Source: Candidatus Spongiisociaceae bacterium
GTDB taxonomy: Bacteria; Actinomycetota; Acidimicrobiia; Spongiisociales; Spongiisociaceae
Length of the DNA: 64,000 nucleotides
Assembly (NCBI GenBank): GCA_965243165.1
Contig: OZ251535.1
Coordinates: 2,703,371 to 2,767,370, forward strand
Direction of reading: 5' to 3'
In this document: positions 38,185 through 48,425 of the stretch, piece by piece
How the letters are laid out: each line of letters opens with the position of its first letter
Numbering within the stretch: the first letter of the stretch is position 1
Program-made: the position numbers and the translations under genes
Notes under the pieces: model-generated
What the model saw: only the letters and a program-made list of their open reading frames with translations
Database searches by the model: none
Told to the model about the DNA's origin: nothing

Positions 38185-41004
38185 ATGAAAAAAAACATGG
38201 CGCAGACACCAAAGAAAACCCAGAAAACCAAGAAGGTAGAGACCCTCACCCACGACGAGGCTTCGCGGCTCAACATTCCCACCGCCGAATATCAGCCTGT
38301 GATAGAAGATGAACTCCGCAACCCGATCCAGGTCGCCTATACCAACCGCAACCGAGACCTCGATCCACAACTCGTCTGGAAGGGCAAGGAAGTAGTGGAC
38401 TGGTCCGAGTTGGTGGTTCCGGCGCCGCCGCTCTTCATCCAAGAAAAGGTGCATCCCAAGGTGTTGATAGACGATCTGATACGTCGAAGCAAAGAAATGA
38501 CAGAGACCGAACAAGAGCAGTCTGGTAAGCAGGCTGACCTCTTCGGTGACTTCAACGGAGTTATCGACCAGGAAGCCCGAACCGAATTCTACCAGCACGA
38601 CGCCAACTGGTCGAACCGAATGATCCTCGGCGACAGCCTGTATGTAATGGCATCGCTGGCCGAGCGTGAGAACTTGAGAGGCAAGGTCCAATGCATCTAC
38701 ATAGACCCTCCCTACGGGATCAAGTTCAACTCCAACTTCCAGTGGTCAACCACCAGCCGAGACGTCAGGGACGGCAAAGCCGAACACATCACCCGCGAGC
38801 CCGAGCAAGTCAAGGCCTTCCGCGACACTTGGCGCAACGGAATACATTCCTACCTCACCTACCTACAGGACCGGCTGACCGTTGCCAGGGATCTGCTCAC
38901 AGAGAGCGGAAGCATCTTCGTCCAGATCGGCGACGAAAACGTACACCGTGTACGAACCTTGATGGACGAAGTGTTCGGCGATGACAACTTCGTCAGCCTC
39001 ATCACCTACCGCACCAGCAGCGGGACGACACAGGCCAGCTCGGTAAAGCGTATATCCGATTACATCGTTTGGTATTGCAAGGACAAATCTCAGATCAAGT
39101 TCCGAAGGTTGCTCAAGGAGAAGGACGTGAACACCAAGATGTATAATCAGTTGGAACTAGAGCATGGCGTTCGACGGCCTATGACCACTAAGGAAAGAAA
39201 GGATCCGTCTACACGCCCAAACAATTCCAGACCATACCGTAAATTACCAGTTCACTCTATGGCAGCTGGAAACCATGAGCCAAGAGAGTTCCAAGAAACC
39301 GTCTGGGAAATACCGCCAATGCGAAGTTGGCGGTATTCGCCAGACGGTTTCTCGAGGCTCTCTAAGGCTCAACGTATCCAGCCGGACAGAACAGCTTTGA
39401 GCGCCTTATACTATCACGATGATTACGCCGCTTATGAGATTCCCAACCTCTGGGCTGACACCGGACCGGAAATAGCAAAATCCTACGTGGTGCAGACATC
39501 CACCCTCCCTTTGAGCCGCGTAGTTCTAATGACGACCGATCCCGGTGATCTTGTACTCGACCCTACCTGCGGCTCGGGCACCACGGCCTACATCGCAGAA
39601 CAATGGGGGCGGCGTTGGATCACGATCGATACCTCTCGCGTCGCCCTGACTTTAGCGCGATCCCGCCTTATGGGCGCCCGCTATCCCTATTATATACTAA
39701 CAGACAGCCCCGAAGGGCAACACAAGAAGGCAGAAATCACCCGCACTGAACCATCGGAGATGCCTACCTACGGTGACATCCGGCAGGGGTTCGTGTATCA
39801 ACGCGTCCCGCACATCACCCTTCGTTCCATCGCCCACAACACCGAGATCGACGTCATCTGGGAGCAATTCCAAGAACGGCTAGAACCATTGCGTAAACAA
39901 TTGAACGATATCCTCGGCCGTGCTTGGAAGGAGTGGGAGATACCGCGTGACGCCGATGATACTTGGTCCGAGCACGCCAGAAAGATCCACACCGAATGGT
40001 GGAAGCAGCGCATCGCCCGCCAGCAAGAGATCGATGCATCTATCGCCGCCAAAGCCGACCATGAATATTTGTATGACAAGCCCTACGAAGATCGGAGGAG
40101 GGTTCGAGTTGCCGGGCCATTCACCGTCGAAAGCATCTCGCCTCACCGCACCCTGTCCGTTGACGAAGAAGACGAGCTGATTGACCATGCGGCTGATACC
40201 AGGCTCGGCTACGAAAAGCACGACTTCGATACTTTGATCCTAGACAACCTCAGTACCGCCGGCATACAGCAGGCCCACAAAGAAGACCGCATATCCTTTT
40301 CTGCAGTTGCCCCTTGGCCGGGCAATTTGGTCTGCGCCGAAGGTAGCTACTATGAAGACGATACTGACGATACTAACGCTAGTTCTAAGAAGCGGGCCGC
40401 CATCTTCATCGGACCGGAATTCGGCACGGTCTACAGACCGGACCTGGCGGCCGCCGCCCGCGAGGCCGCCGAAGCGGAGTTTGACATTTTAATTTCCTGT
40501 GCCTTCAGCTACGATGCCCACTCGAGCGAATTAGCCAAACTGGGCAAAGTTCCTATTCTGAAGGCCCATATGAACGCCGATCTGCACATGGCCGCAGATC
40601 TGAGAAACACAAAGAAGGGCAACCTCTTCGTGGTCTTCGGCGAACCCGATATCGACATCCTCGACGCCCCCCTGGATCAGCTCCAGGTCAGGATCAATGG
40701 GGTCGACGTGTATCACCCTTCTAACGGCGAAATACGCAGCGACAATACCGACGGCATCGCTTGTTGGTTCATCGACACCGACTACAACGAGGAGAGCTTC
40801 TTCGTGCGGCATGCCTACTTCCTCGGCGCCAACGACCCCTACAAGGCTCTCAAGACCACCCTCAAAGCCGAGATCAACCGAGAAGCCTGGGAAACTCTTC
40901 GAAGCGAAATCTCTCGACCGTTCGACAAACCGTCTTTGGGCCGAATCGCCGTCAAGGTGATCAACCATCTGGGAGATGAAGTGATGAAGGTGTTCCGAAT
41001 ATGA
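38185..41004 (+). CDS. Type III-like site-specific adenine DNA methyltransferase (Mod); alternative start at 38197
   Basis: Motif IV IYIDPPYG precedes motif I VLDPTCGSGTT (beta class); ILGDSL. Confidence 0.9.
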   Translation: MKKNMAQTPKKTQKTKKVETLTHDEASRLNIPTAEYQPVIEDELRNPIQVAYTNRNRDLDPQLVWKGKEVVDWSELVVPAPPLFIQEKVHPKVLIDDLIRRSKEMTETEQEQSGKQADLFGDFNGVIDQEARTEFYQHDANWSNRMILGDSLYVMASLAERENLRGKVQCIYIDPPYGIKFNSNFQWSTTSRDVRDGKAEHITREPEQVKAFRDTWRNGIHSYLTYLQDRLTVARDLLTESGSIFVQIGDENVHRVRTLMDEVFGDDNFVSLITYRTSSGTTQASSVKRISDYIVWYCKDKSQIKFRRLLKEKDVNTKMYNQLELEHGVRRPMTTKERKDPSTRPNNSRPYRKLPVHSMAAGNHEPREFQETVWEIPPMRSWRYSPDGFSRLSKAQRIQPDRTALSALYYHDDYAAYEIPNLWADTGPEIAKSYVVQTSTLPLSRVVLMTTDPGDLVLDPTCGSGTTAYIAEQWGRRWITIDTSRVALTLARSRLMGARYPYYILTDSPEGQHKKAEITRTEPSEMPTYGDIRQGFVYQRVPHITLRSIAHNTEIDVIWEQFQERLEPLRKQLNDILGRAWKEWEIPRDADDTWSEHARKIHTEWWKQRIARQQEIDASIAAKADHEYLYDKPYEDRRRVRVAGPFTVESISPHRTLSVDEEDELIDHAADTRLGYEKHDFDTLILDNLSTAGIQQAHKEDRISFSAVAPWPGNLVCAEGSYYEDDTDDTNASSKKRAAIFIGPEFGTVYRPDLAAAAREAAEAEFDILISCAFSYDAHSSELAKLGKVPILKAHMNADLHMAADLRNTKKGNLFVVFGEPDIDILDAPLDQLQVRINGVDVYHPSNGEIRSDNTDGIACWFIDTDYNEESFFVRHAYFLGANDPYKALKTTLKAEINREAWETLRSEISRPFDKPSLGRIAVKVINHLGDEVMKVFRI

Positions 41005-41011
41005 TGGGGTT

Positions 41012-42277
41012 ATGGTGCATGAAGCGGCGCTGCTGGGGGCCGGCCAGCGGGGCAGGTTCGTCTACGGCGCCTACGCGGCCCGGCGGCCCGACCGGTTGCG
41101 TTTCACGGCCGCGGCCGATCCGAACCCGCAGCGGCTCGGTGTCTTCGGCGGGGAGCATGGCATACCCGCCTCCCGGCGCTTCCGCGACTGGCGGGATCTC
41201 CTGGAAGCCGGCCCGCCTCCGGCGTTGGTCATCGCCTCTCCCGACCGATGCCACGCCGAGCAGGCCGCAGCCGCCCTGGAAAAGGGCCTCCATGTGCTGC
41301 TGGAGAAACCGGCCGCCCACACCCTGGAGGAATCCGCCCGCCTCCTGGCCGCCGCCCGCCGCAGCCGGGGAACCCTCACCGTCGCCCACGTTCTCCGATA
41401 CACCCCGTTCTTCTCCGCCCTGCATGGGCTGCTGGAGTCGGGGCGGCTGGGCGAGCCGGTGTCGATCGAACACCGCGAGGACGTCGCCTACTGGCACACG
41501 GCCCACAGCTTCGTGCGGGGCAACTGGGCCAGGACGGAGGAATCGACGCCCATGATCGTCCAGAAATGCTGCCACGACTTCGACCTGCTGGTCTGGAACC
41601 TGGAAGCAGCCGGAGGCGGGGCGCGGGTGACCAAGATGCAGTCGTTCGGCTCGCAGCTGGAGTTCCGGCCCGAACGCGCCCCGCAGGGGGCTTCCGGGCG
41701 GTGCACCGACCCCTGCCCGGCGGCCCCCGGCTGCCCCTACGACGCCGGGCGCCTCTACCTCGACATGGACCGAACGGGCTGGCCGGTCCACACCATATCC
41801 CATGACCTGTCCTTCGAAGGGCGGATGCGGGCGCTGGCCGAGGGGCCCTACGGGCGGTGCGTCTACACCGCCGGCGGCGATGCGGTGGACCATCAGACCG
41901 CGGCGATGGAACTTTCGTCGGGCGCAACCGCGGTGCTGGTGATGAACGGCCACGCCGCCCGGCAGTCCAGGTCTGCCCTGTACCACGGGACGCGGGGAAC
42001 GGTCTGTGCGGTCTTCGACGCCGCCCCCAGGATCGAGTTCACCGACCGCAGGGGGGGCGGCCCGGTGCGCATCCCCTTCGAAGCCGGCGCCGGAGGGCAC
42101 GGCGGGGGCGACGAGGGTCTGATCGAAGGCTTTCTCGTTTCCTTGGAGGGGGCGGGGCCGGCCAAGACGTCGGGCGGGGGTTGGTTCGAGAGCCACCTGC
42201 TGGCCTTCGGCGCCGAAGAGGCGCGGCTCAGCGGAGAAGTCCTCGACCTCGACCGCCGCCGAAGGGAATGCCTCTGA
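41012..42277 (+). CDS. Gfo/Idh/MocA-family oxidoreductase
   Basis: LLGAGQRG, VLLEKP, VAHVLRY, HSFVRGNW, KCCHDFD. Confidence 0.9.
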   Translation: MVHEAALLGAGQRGRFVYGAYAARRPDRLRFTAAADPNPQRLGVFGGEHGIPASRRFRDWRDLLEAGPPPALVIASPDRCHAEQAAAALEKGLHVLLEKPAAHTLEESARLLAAARRSRGTLTVAHVLRYTPFFSALHGLLESGRLGEPVSIEHREDVAYWHTAHSFVRGNWARTEESTPMIVQKCCHDFDLLVWNLEAAGGGARVTKMQSFGSQLEFRPERAPQGASGRCTDPCPAAPGCPYDAGRLYLDMDRTGWPVHTISHDLSFEGRMRALAEGPYGRCVYTAGGDAVDHQTAAMELSSGATAVLVMNGHAARQSRSALYHGTRGTVCAVFDAAPRIEFTDRRGGGPVRIPFEAGAGGHGGGDEGLIEGFLVSLEGAGPAKTSGGGWFESHLLAFGAEEARLSGEVLDLDRRRRECL

Positions 42278-42304
42278 CAACGGCCCGGCGCCCCGCCCGG
42301 CCGC

Positions 42305-42835
42305 TCAACCGTTCAGACCGATCAGGCGGCGGACCATCCAGGCCGTGGCGCCCCAGAGGACGTCCCCGCCGAGGTCGAAGAAGTGGACCGTCCGTCCGTT
42401 CCACTGCTCGGCGCGCCAGCGGCGCTCGTCCCTGAGAAGCTCGAGAGAGGGGGTCAGCACCCCGTCCACCTCGTTGGGGTCGGGGGTCAGCTCGGGAACC
42501 CCTCCCAGCCGCCCCACCACCGGCACCACCATCAGGGGGTAGGAAACGGTGTGAACGGCCGGCAGGTAACCCAGCACCTCCACCTGCGCCGGGTCGATCC
42601 CCACCTCTTCGCGGGCCTCCCGCAGGGCTGTGTCGAGCGGACTCTCCCCCGGCCGGGGCTTGCCGCCCGGGAAGGCCAGATCCCCGCCGTGGGTCGGCAT
42701 GTGGACGGGGCGGCGGATCAGGATCAACCGGGCCGCCCCTCCGTCCTCGTAGATCGGCGCCAGGACGGCCGCCCTCGGGCCTCCGCCCTCGGGCGGGCCG
42801 GCCAGCAAACCCGGCAGGCGCCCGATGTCTTTCAT
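42305..42835 (-). CDS. Nudix hydrolase, CoA pyrophosphatase type
   Basis: HGGDLAFPGG...TALREAREEVG Nudix box; NEV; LWGATA. Confidence 0.9.
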   Translation of the reverse strand: MKDIGRLPGLLAGPPEGGGPRAAVLAPIYEDGGAARLILIRRPVHMPTHGGDLAFPGGKPRPGESPLDTALREAREEVGIDPAQVEVLGYLPAVHTVSYPLMVVPVVGRLGGVPELTPDPNEVDGVLTPSLELLRDERRWRAEQWNGRTVHFFDLGGDVLWGATAWMVRRLIGLNG

Positions 42836-42992
42836 CCGATCTCCATGCTAACCCCGATCGTTCATGTCCAGGCGGGGCGGGGCGGGCGGCGCAGGTCTCG
42901 AGCCGGAGGTGCGGGCGCGTCTTTCAGCCGCCGGGCCCCGCCTTCGGGAAAATCAGGATCGAGCCGCCCGGCGCCCGATAGGCTCTACCCAG

Positions 42993-43613
42993 ATGAGACC
43001 GAGGCCGCCGCGATACATGCCGGAACCCCTGCCCACCCGCGACCGCACCACCGAGCGCTTCGTGCTGCGCCCTTTCCGCCGGCGCGACGCCGACGCCCTC
43101 TACCGGGCGGTGGCCGACTCCCAGGCGGAACTGGCCGAATACCTGCCCTGGGCCGCCCGCCCCTACACCAGGTCCAACGCGGTGCTCTTCATCCGAGACA
43201 GCATGCGCTCCTGGCGGGAAACCAAGGCTTACGACTTCACCGTGCGGCGCCCCGAGGAACCCGGGGAGCACCTCGGCAACGTGAGCATCTGGCATCTGTC
43301 GCGCCCTTCCCGCAGCGGCGAGATCGGATACTGGATCCGCACCGGCGCCACCGGCCGCGGGACAGCCACCGAAGCGGCCGGAGAAGCCCTGAGGATCGGC
43401 TTCGCGGAGCTGGGCATGCACCGCCTGATCCTGCGGATCGCGGTCGGCAACACCTCCAGCGAGCGGGTGGCCGAGAAGCTCGGCTTCACCCGCGAAGGGG
43501 TGCTGCGGGAGGAGATCCAGGTGGGCGGCCGCTGGATGGACCACTCTCTGTGGAGCATGCTCGACCATGAATACCGGAGCGCCGCCCGGCAACGGTCCTA
43601 TTTCCGCTCCTGA
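42993..43613 (+). CDS. GNAT acetyltransferase, RimJ/RimL family
   Basis: TERFVLRP, EIGYWI...GRGTAT, NTSSERVAEKLGFTREG. Confidence 0.88.
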   Translation: MRPRPPRYMPEPLPTRDRTTERFVLRPFRRRDADALYRAVADSQAELAEYLPWAARPYTRSNAVLFIRDSMRSWRETKAYDFTVRRPEEPGEHLGNVSIWHLSRPSRSGEIGYWIRTGATGRGTATEAAGEALRIGFAELGMHRLILRIAVGNTSSERVAEKLGFTREGVLREEIQVGGRWMDHSLWSMLDHEYRSAARQRSYFRS

Positions 43614-43627
43614 ACCTCGGGGCCGGC

Positions 43628-43837
43628 TCAGGTTCGGAGCCGATCCTTCACGATCGGATGACTGCGGACCTCTTGGTTCAGCTCGCTGCGGAGGAACTTG
43701 AAGGTCCGCCCGCCCGGCAACCGGTAAGCGGGCAATCGGCCCTCCCTGGCGTACTTCCGCACCATCTGCACGTTCATATCCAGCATTTCGGCTACCTCTT
43801 GCGCTCCGATGAATCTTTCGTCTTCGCGTGCCGTCAC
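43628..43837 (-). CDS. Excisionase/MerR-like (HTH_17) DNA-binding protein
   Basis: IGAQEVAEMLDMNVQMVRKYAREGRLPAYRLPGG..FKF. Confidence 0.85.
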   Translation of the reverse strand: MTAREDERFIGAQEVAEMLDMNVQMVRKYAREGRLPAYRLPGGRTFKFLRSELNQEVRSHPIVKDRLRT

Positions 43838-43924
43838 TGCCTCTGCCTTTCTGCAGGCCCGCCTCGGCCTGCCTCCGCGTCCTTCCCGCCCGCCGCCAGC
43901 CGCCGGGAACCAGAAAACCCCAAG

Positions 43925-44356
43925 CTAAGCGCCCTCCTCCCCGCCGCCGGCCGCCTCCTCCTCTTGACCGCCGTCCGCCTCCAAGCGGGTGCTGCGCACG
44001 TGGGCCAGCACCTCGTTGCGGGAGAACTCGTAGCCGCGCCTGCCCTTGGGCCGGTAGGCCGGGATTCGTTTCTCCCTGGCGTACTTCCTCACCTGATTCA
44101 CGTCCATGCCCAGGATCTCGCCCACCGCCCGGGTGTCGAGCACCGCATCGCCCTCGCCTACCAAGGGCGTGGCATTCTTCGCCACGTGCTCCTCGAGCTC
44201 GTTCCGGAAGAACATGAAGGCCCGGCCTCCCGGAAGCCGGTAGGCCGGCACCCGCCCCGCTCGGGCGAGCCTCCGCACCATCTGATCGCTCGTGCCCAAG
44301 ATCACGGCCGCCGCCGGCACTCCGATGATCTCGTCATCGCCGGGCGTATTCATCAC
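43925..44356 (-). CDS. Protein with two tandem excisionase-like (HTH_17) domains
   Basis: Two domains: AAAVILGTSDQMVRRLARAGRVPAYRLPGG and AVGEILGMDVNQVRKYAREKRIPAYRP. Confidence 0.85.
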   Translation of the reverse strand: MMNTPGDDEIIGVPAAAVILGTSDQMVRRLARAGRVPAYRLPGGRAFMFFRNELEEHVAKNATPLVGEGDAVLDTRAVGEILGMDVNQVRKYAREKRIPAYRPKGRRGYEFSRNEVLAHVRSTRLEADGGQEEEAAGGGEEGA

Positions 44357-44561
44357 CTCCGCCTTTCCGCGAGCCGCCCATCCCAGGCGGCCGCTCCCCG
44401 TTCTCTGCCCGCCGGTCTTGCGGACCTCATTCGTTGGCCTTTGTAATACTCCAATGAATGAAGTACCTGCAAAGCCTGCAAGGGTAGTTTACCATACTTC
44501 TCGCTCAATCGGAATAGGTATCTTGGTAGATCTTCCGCCGCCTACGGGCAAGAATGCACCC

Positions 44562-46019
44562 ATGCGGCCTGCGGCGCCCCGCCGGCGGGGGGGCCGCGGC
44601 CGCGTCGTCTACACGATCGCGGTGTTCGTCCTGCTCGCCTCGCTCGACAACGCCGCCATTGCCCTGTACCCGGCGCTGACCAAGGTGATGGCCGCCGACC
44701 TGGGCGTGAGCGAGCCGGGGATGGGCCTGATCACCTCCCTGGTGATCCTGGTGTCCGCCCTCTCCGCGGTGGGGTGGGGCTACATCGGCGACCGGTCGAA
44801 GCGCAAACCCCTCCTGTTCTGGGGAACCCTGGTCTGGTGCCTGGGGCTGGCGATGGCGGCCCGCTCGCAGTCGATCGGCGGGCTGGCCGGCTGGTCGGCG
44901 CTGGTCGGGGCGGGCCTGGGGGCGATCGCCTCCGTGGGTTTCTCGGTGATATCCGACTTCGTGCCGCCCCGGCGGCGGGGGCTGGCGATGAGCTTCTGGG
45001 GGCTGTCCCAGGGCGCAGGCGGGTTCTTCGGCGTCTTGGTGGGCGGGATGCTGGGGGCGGAGAATTGGCGCAGCCCGTTCAACGGCCTGGCCCTGGCCGG
45101 GGCGGCGGCGGCCCTCCTCTACCTCACCGCCGCGGACCCGCCGCGCGGGAGGGCCGAGCCGGAACTGGCCGCGGCGCTGGCCGCCGGCGCGGAATACGGG
45201 CACCGGATCGAGAAGTCCGACCTGCCGCTGCTGCTGCGCATCCGCACCAACCGCTGGCTGATCCTGCAGGGCGTGGGCGGACAGCTGGCCTACGGCTCCC
45301 TCATCTGGGTGCCGCTCCTCTACCAGGGGAAGGTGCAGGCGGCGGGATACGACCTGGTCACCGCCGCCGCGGTCGGATCGGTGTTCGGGGCCGTGTTCCA
45401 GATCGGAGGGGTGGCTTCCATCCTGGCCGGCTGGCTGGGGGACCGCTTTCAGCAGCGGACCCCCAAGGCGAGGGCGGTCATCTCCATGGCGGGGATCCTG
45501 GGGGCGGTCCCCTTCTTTGCGGCTTTCTTCTTCATGCCCCTGCACGGGCTGGACATACCCGTCGGCGAGGGGGGCATGGCTCTGTTCCTGGCCACCCTGG
45601 CCAGCCTGTTCACCAACCCCTATGCGGCGGCGGCGTTCCTGCTCTCGGTGGCGGCGCTGGCCCTGACCTCGGCGGACTCGCCCAATTGGTACGCCCTGAT
45701 ATCGGACGTGAACCTGCCGGAACACCGGGGCACCGTCTTCGGGTTCGCCAACCTGTCCAACGGGGTCTCCCGGACGCTGGGCAACGGGCTGACGGCGGCG
45801 GCGGCCGGCATGCTCGCCGCCCGCTTCCCCGCCCCGCTGAACTACGCGGTGGGCTTGGCCGTGTTCCAGCTGTTCTTCATCCCCACCGGGTTTTGCTACT
45901 GGGCGGCTTCCAAGACCTGCCCGTCCGACATCGCCCGGGTGCGGGGGCTGCTGGCCGAACGGGGCCGGGAGGCCCGCTCCGGCGCACCGCCCCGCGTGGA
46001 CGAGGGCAATCACGGCTAG
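44562..46019 (+). CDS. MFS transporter
   Basis: About 12 hydrophobic segments. Motif A GYIGDRSKRK, ISDFVPPRRRG, ISDVNLPEHRG. Confidence 0.9.
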   Translation: MRPAAPRRRGGRGRVVYTIAVFVLLASLDNAAIALYPALTKVMAADLGVSEPGMGLITSLVILVSALSAVGWGYIGDRSKRKPLLFWGTLVWCLGLAMAARSQSIGGLAGWSALVGAGLGAIASVGFSVISDFVPPRRRGLAMSFWGLSQGAGGFFGVLVGGMLGAENWRSPFNGLALAGAAAALLYLTAADPPRGRAEPELAAALAAGAEYGHRIEKSDLPLLLRIRTNRWLILQGVGGQLAYGSLIWVPLLYQGKVQAAGYDLVTAAAVGSVFGAVFQIGGVASILAGWLGDRFQQRTPKARAVISMAGILGAVPFFAAFFFMPLHGLDIPVGEGGMALFLATLASLFTNPYAAAAFLLSVAALALTSADSPNWYALISDVNLPEHRGTVFGFANLSNGVSRTLGNGLTAAAAGMLAARFPAPLNYAVGLAVFQLFFIPTGFCYWAASKTCPSDIARVRGLLAERGREARSGAPPRVDEGNHG

Positions 46020-46079
46020 CCTATCGCCAGGACAGGCCGGGCGCCCGCTCGGCCCGATCCGAAAAACATAAGGAGATAC

Positions 46080-46301
46080 ATGCCCAAGGACGACGTACTG
46101 CGGGTGCAGGGCAGCGTCATCGAGACGCTCCCCAACGCCATGTTCAACGTGAAGATCGACGGAGGGCTGCAGGTGCTCGCCCGCGCCTCCGGCAAGATGC
46201 GGCGGGGCCGCTTCATCCGCATCCTGCCCGGCGACCGGGTAGACGTGGAGCTGTCCGCCTACGACCCCAGCCGCGGCCGCATCGTCTGGCGCTACAAGTA
46301 G
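46080..46301 (+). CDS. infA: Translation initiation factor IF-1
   Basis: [14 protein letters not shown]...SGKMRR...[26 protein letters not shown]; aaggag RBS. Confidence 0.95.
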   Translation: MPKDDVLRVQGSVIETLPNAMFNVKIDGGLQVLARASGKMRRGRFIRILPGDRVDVELSAYDPSRGRIVWRYK

Positions 46302-46506
46302 ACGCCGGGCAAACGCCGCCGGAGGCGACTCCCTTCTGTCTGCCCGCCCCATCTCTCGTGAACAATCAGGGCCAGGGCTCTCTCCGATCAACCGCAACGG
46401 CGCCCGGTGGAGTGGCAGGTCGGAAGGGGGCCCGTCCGGTCCCTGCCCCAGCCGATGCGGAGCGGCTCCTCTTGCTCCTCCCAAGAACCGTGTTATCATG
46501 ATGAAT

Positions 46507-46740
46507 GCCATGCCGAACATTTTGATCAGAAACCTTCCCGAGGAAGTTCACCGCAAACTGGTCGATCGGGCGAAAGCGGATGGACGGCCGCTCCAGGCGT
46601 ACCTCGTGTCCGAGCTGAGCAGGTTGGCTCACACCGTCAGCCTTGAAGAGTTGATCACCGACATCGAACGCAACGAAGGCGGCCGGGTCGGCTTCGCGCA
46701 GGCAGTAGAAGACCTAGACCAGTCCCGCGCCCGGGAATGA
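46507..46740 (+). CDS. FitA/VapB-like ribbon-helix-helix antitoxin
   Basis: MPNILIRNLPEEVHRKLVDRAKADGRPLQAYL pattern. Confidence 0.8.
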   Translation, partial: AMPNILIRNLPEEVHRKLVDRAKADGRPLQAYLVSELSRLAHTVSLEELITDIERNEGGRVGFAQAVEDLDQSRARE

Positions 46741-46754
46741 TCATCGCCGACGCT
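46737..46754 (+). pseudogene. First codons of a probable VapC/PIN toxin (MIIADA), with the rest missing
   Basis: ATGA overlap with the antitoxin stop. MIIADA resembles the VapC N-terminal MIxxDA motif; the frame then reads unrelated sequence next to the R-M cassette. Confidence 0.5.
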
Positions 46755-46823
46755 CGGAGGCGGTCTATCCCCGATCTATTCAAGGCAATTCCAACTGCTT
46801 CCCAATCCACTCCCCGCTGTGGA

Positions 46824-48425
46824 TCACAAGAGGCGGTCAAAACGAGCAGGAACTTCCGTCTCCTTTATCACGAGATCTAATTCTGGCAACCGTTTGATCA
46901 ATGGTCTCGCTGACATCCGCTTCAGTTCGAGAGGTTCGATTTTGTAAAGGCCGCCGCCGTACACTCTCCCTTCCTCTCGCAACTCATCAGCTTCTAGTAA
47001 GTTCAAGCCCTCATGTATGAGGGTTGCCTTCTCATAGTCACTTATGATCTCTTTCAACAGAGGCTTCGGATACAGCAATAAATAAACATTGGTTGCGACG
47101 GCCCTGGATTGATTCCAGATAAATCGAAAGGGCTTTTCCTCGCCTGTTCCTCGTCCCATATAAGTTGAAAGGAAGGGTGCCGGTGGTCGTTGTTCCTGGC
47201 GATACCAAGGTGATCTTCTACTCGGAAGATAGCGTTCGTTTATCCCCATTTCAACACCGGCAACTATGTAGTTATATAACTGCTTCTGGTCATTGCCTAT
47301 CAAAGCTTCTGGTAAATCACAATCAAATAGCACCATCTGCTGATCCAACAATGGATATCCATCTGCTCCTTCTATTATTATATCGGTCGTCAAATAGCGC
47401 GGGCTGGGAAGCACTGGTTTCAAATAACAAGTAGGAAGACCGAGGTCTTTAGCCTTATGCCTATTCATAACAAAATAAGAGTTGGCGCCTGTAGCAACCC
47501 CGCGTCTAATCTCGAATAAGTCGCCAATTGTTATACTTTTATCCCACTTTGGCAACGACTTTGAGCGCGGGAAGTTTGTCCACTTACGGCTTCCGCACAA
47601 AGACTCAATCGATACTTCCTCAGTTTTCTTAGGTTCAAGTAGAGTTCCACCCAAAGTAAAGCTAACTTGAGAGTCTTGATTGGGTTTGGATCTGCGAAAT
47701 ATTATAACAGCAGACGATACCAAGGCATTATCGAACTGCACCTCAGTAGGATCGAATCTATGTATACGCAACAATTCTACCTTCTGAGTAAGATATTCGC
47801 GTAGGACCGAGCCATAGTTGACATCCATGAACTCAGAGGGAATCAACCAAGCGGCTATACCGTTATTCCTCATATTTTTATGAGCTAAGGCCATAAAGTA
47901 GACGTATAAACCGGACAGACCGTTGATTGACACTTCACAGACCTTGCTGGCCTCCATCTGAAGACGAACCTTGGTAGACTGATCAATATGATGATGGCGC
48001 ACATACGGAGGATTGGTCAATATAAGATTAAAATCTGGTGTCAGTTCTCTATACAGCTCAGTATAATCTCCTTCTATAACCTTGAGGCCAAATTCACCCC
48101 ATAGTTTATTCGCCAGAGCAACAAACCTAGGATCGAGCTCGAACCCTATGGCTGTATTTATGCGGTCGGGAACAACACCCTGCAGCAGAGCCGAATAAAA
48201 AGAACCCGACCCTAAAGCCGGTTCAAGGAAGTTGATCGGTTCCTTGTCATCTAACAACCCCAAAAGGTAGGTAACTATCTCGGCAGCAAGCCCGTTGGGT
48301 GTAGCAAACTGACCTAGCCGATTGCGCTCATACTTTGAACGTCCATCATCCAATTGAACTTGGGCATCACGGCGTTGCCTTTCTCGGGCCTGTACCTGCG
48401 CAATTCGAATATCCTCTGCTATCAT
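46824..48425 (-). CDS. Type II gamma-class N6-adenine methyltransferase (Eco57I-domain; M.SalI/M.XamI-like)
   Basis: LGQFATP, LEPALGSGSF, ILTNPPYVRH, AWLIPSEF. ATGA-coupled to the endonuclease; AT-rich. Confidence 0.88.
   Translation of the reverse strand: MIAEDIRIAQVQARERQRRDAQVQLDDGRSKYERNRLGQFATPNGLAAEIVTYLLGLLDDKEPINFLEPALGSGSFYSALLQGVVPDRINTAIGFELDPRFVALANKLWGEFGLKVIEGDYTELYRELTPDFNLILTNPPYVRHHHIDQSTKVRLQMEASKVCEVSINGLSGLYVYFMALAHKNMRNNGIAAWLIPSEFMDVNYGSVLREYLTQKVELLRIHRFDPTEVQFDNALVSSAVIIFRRSKPNQDSQVSFTLGGTLLEPKKTEEVSIESLCGSRKWTNFPRSKSLPKWDKSITIGDLFEIRRGVATGANSYFVMNRHKAKDLGLPTCYLKPVLPSPRYLTTDIIIEGADGYPLLDQQMVLFDCDLPEALIGNDQKQLYNYIVAGVEMGINERYLPSRRSPWYRQEQRPPAPFLSTYMGRGTGEEKPFRFIWNQSRAVATNVYLLLYPKPLLKEIISDYEKATLIHEGLNLLEADELREEGRVYGGGLYKIEPLELKRMSARPLIKRLPELDLVIKETEVPARFDRLL

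Noticed and set aside
38188-38195. A8 tract at the mod 5' end as a phase-variation switch
   Set aside because: An in-frame ATG at 38197 lies immediately downstream of the tract, so slippage need not inactivate the gene.
43628-44356. Xis-like genes as a prophage/ICE remnant
   Set aside because: No integrase, att sites or phage genes. Codon usage is host-like and the flanks are housekeeping genes.
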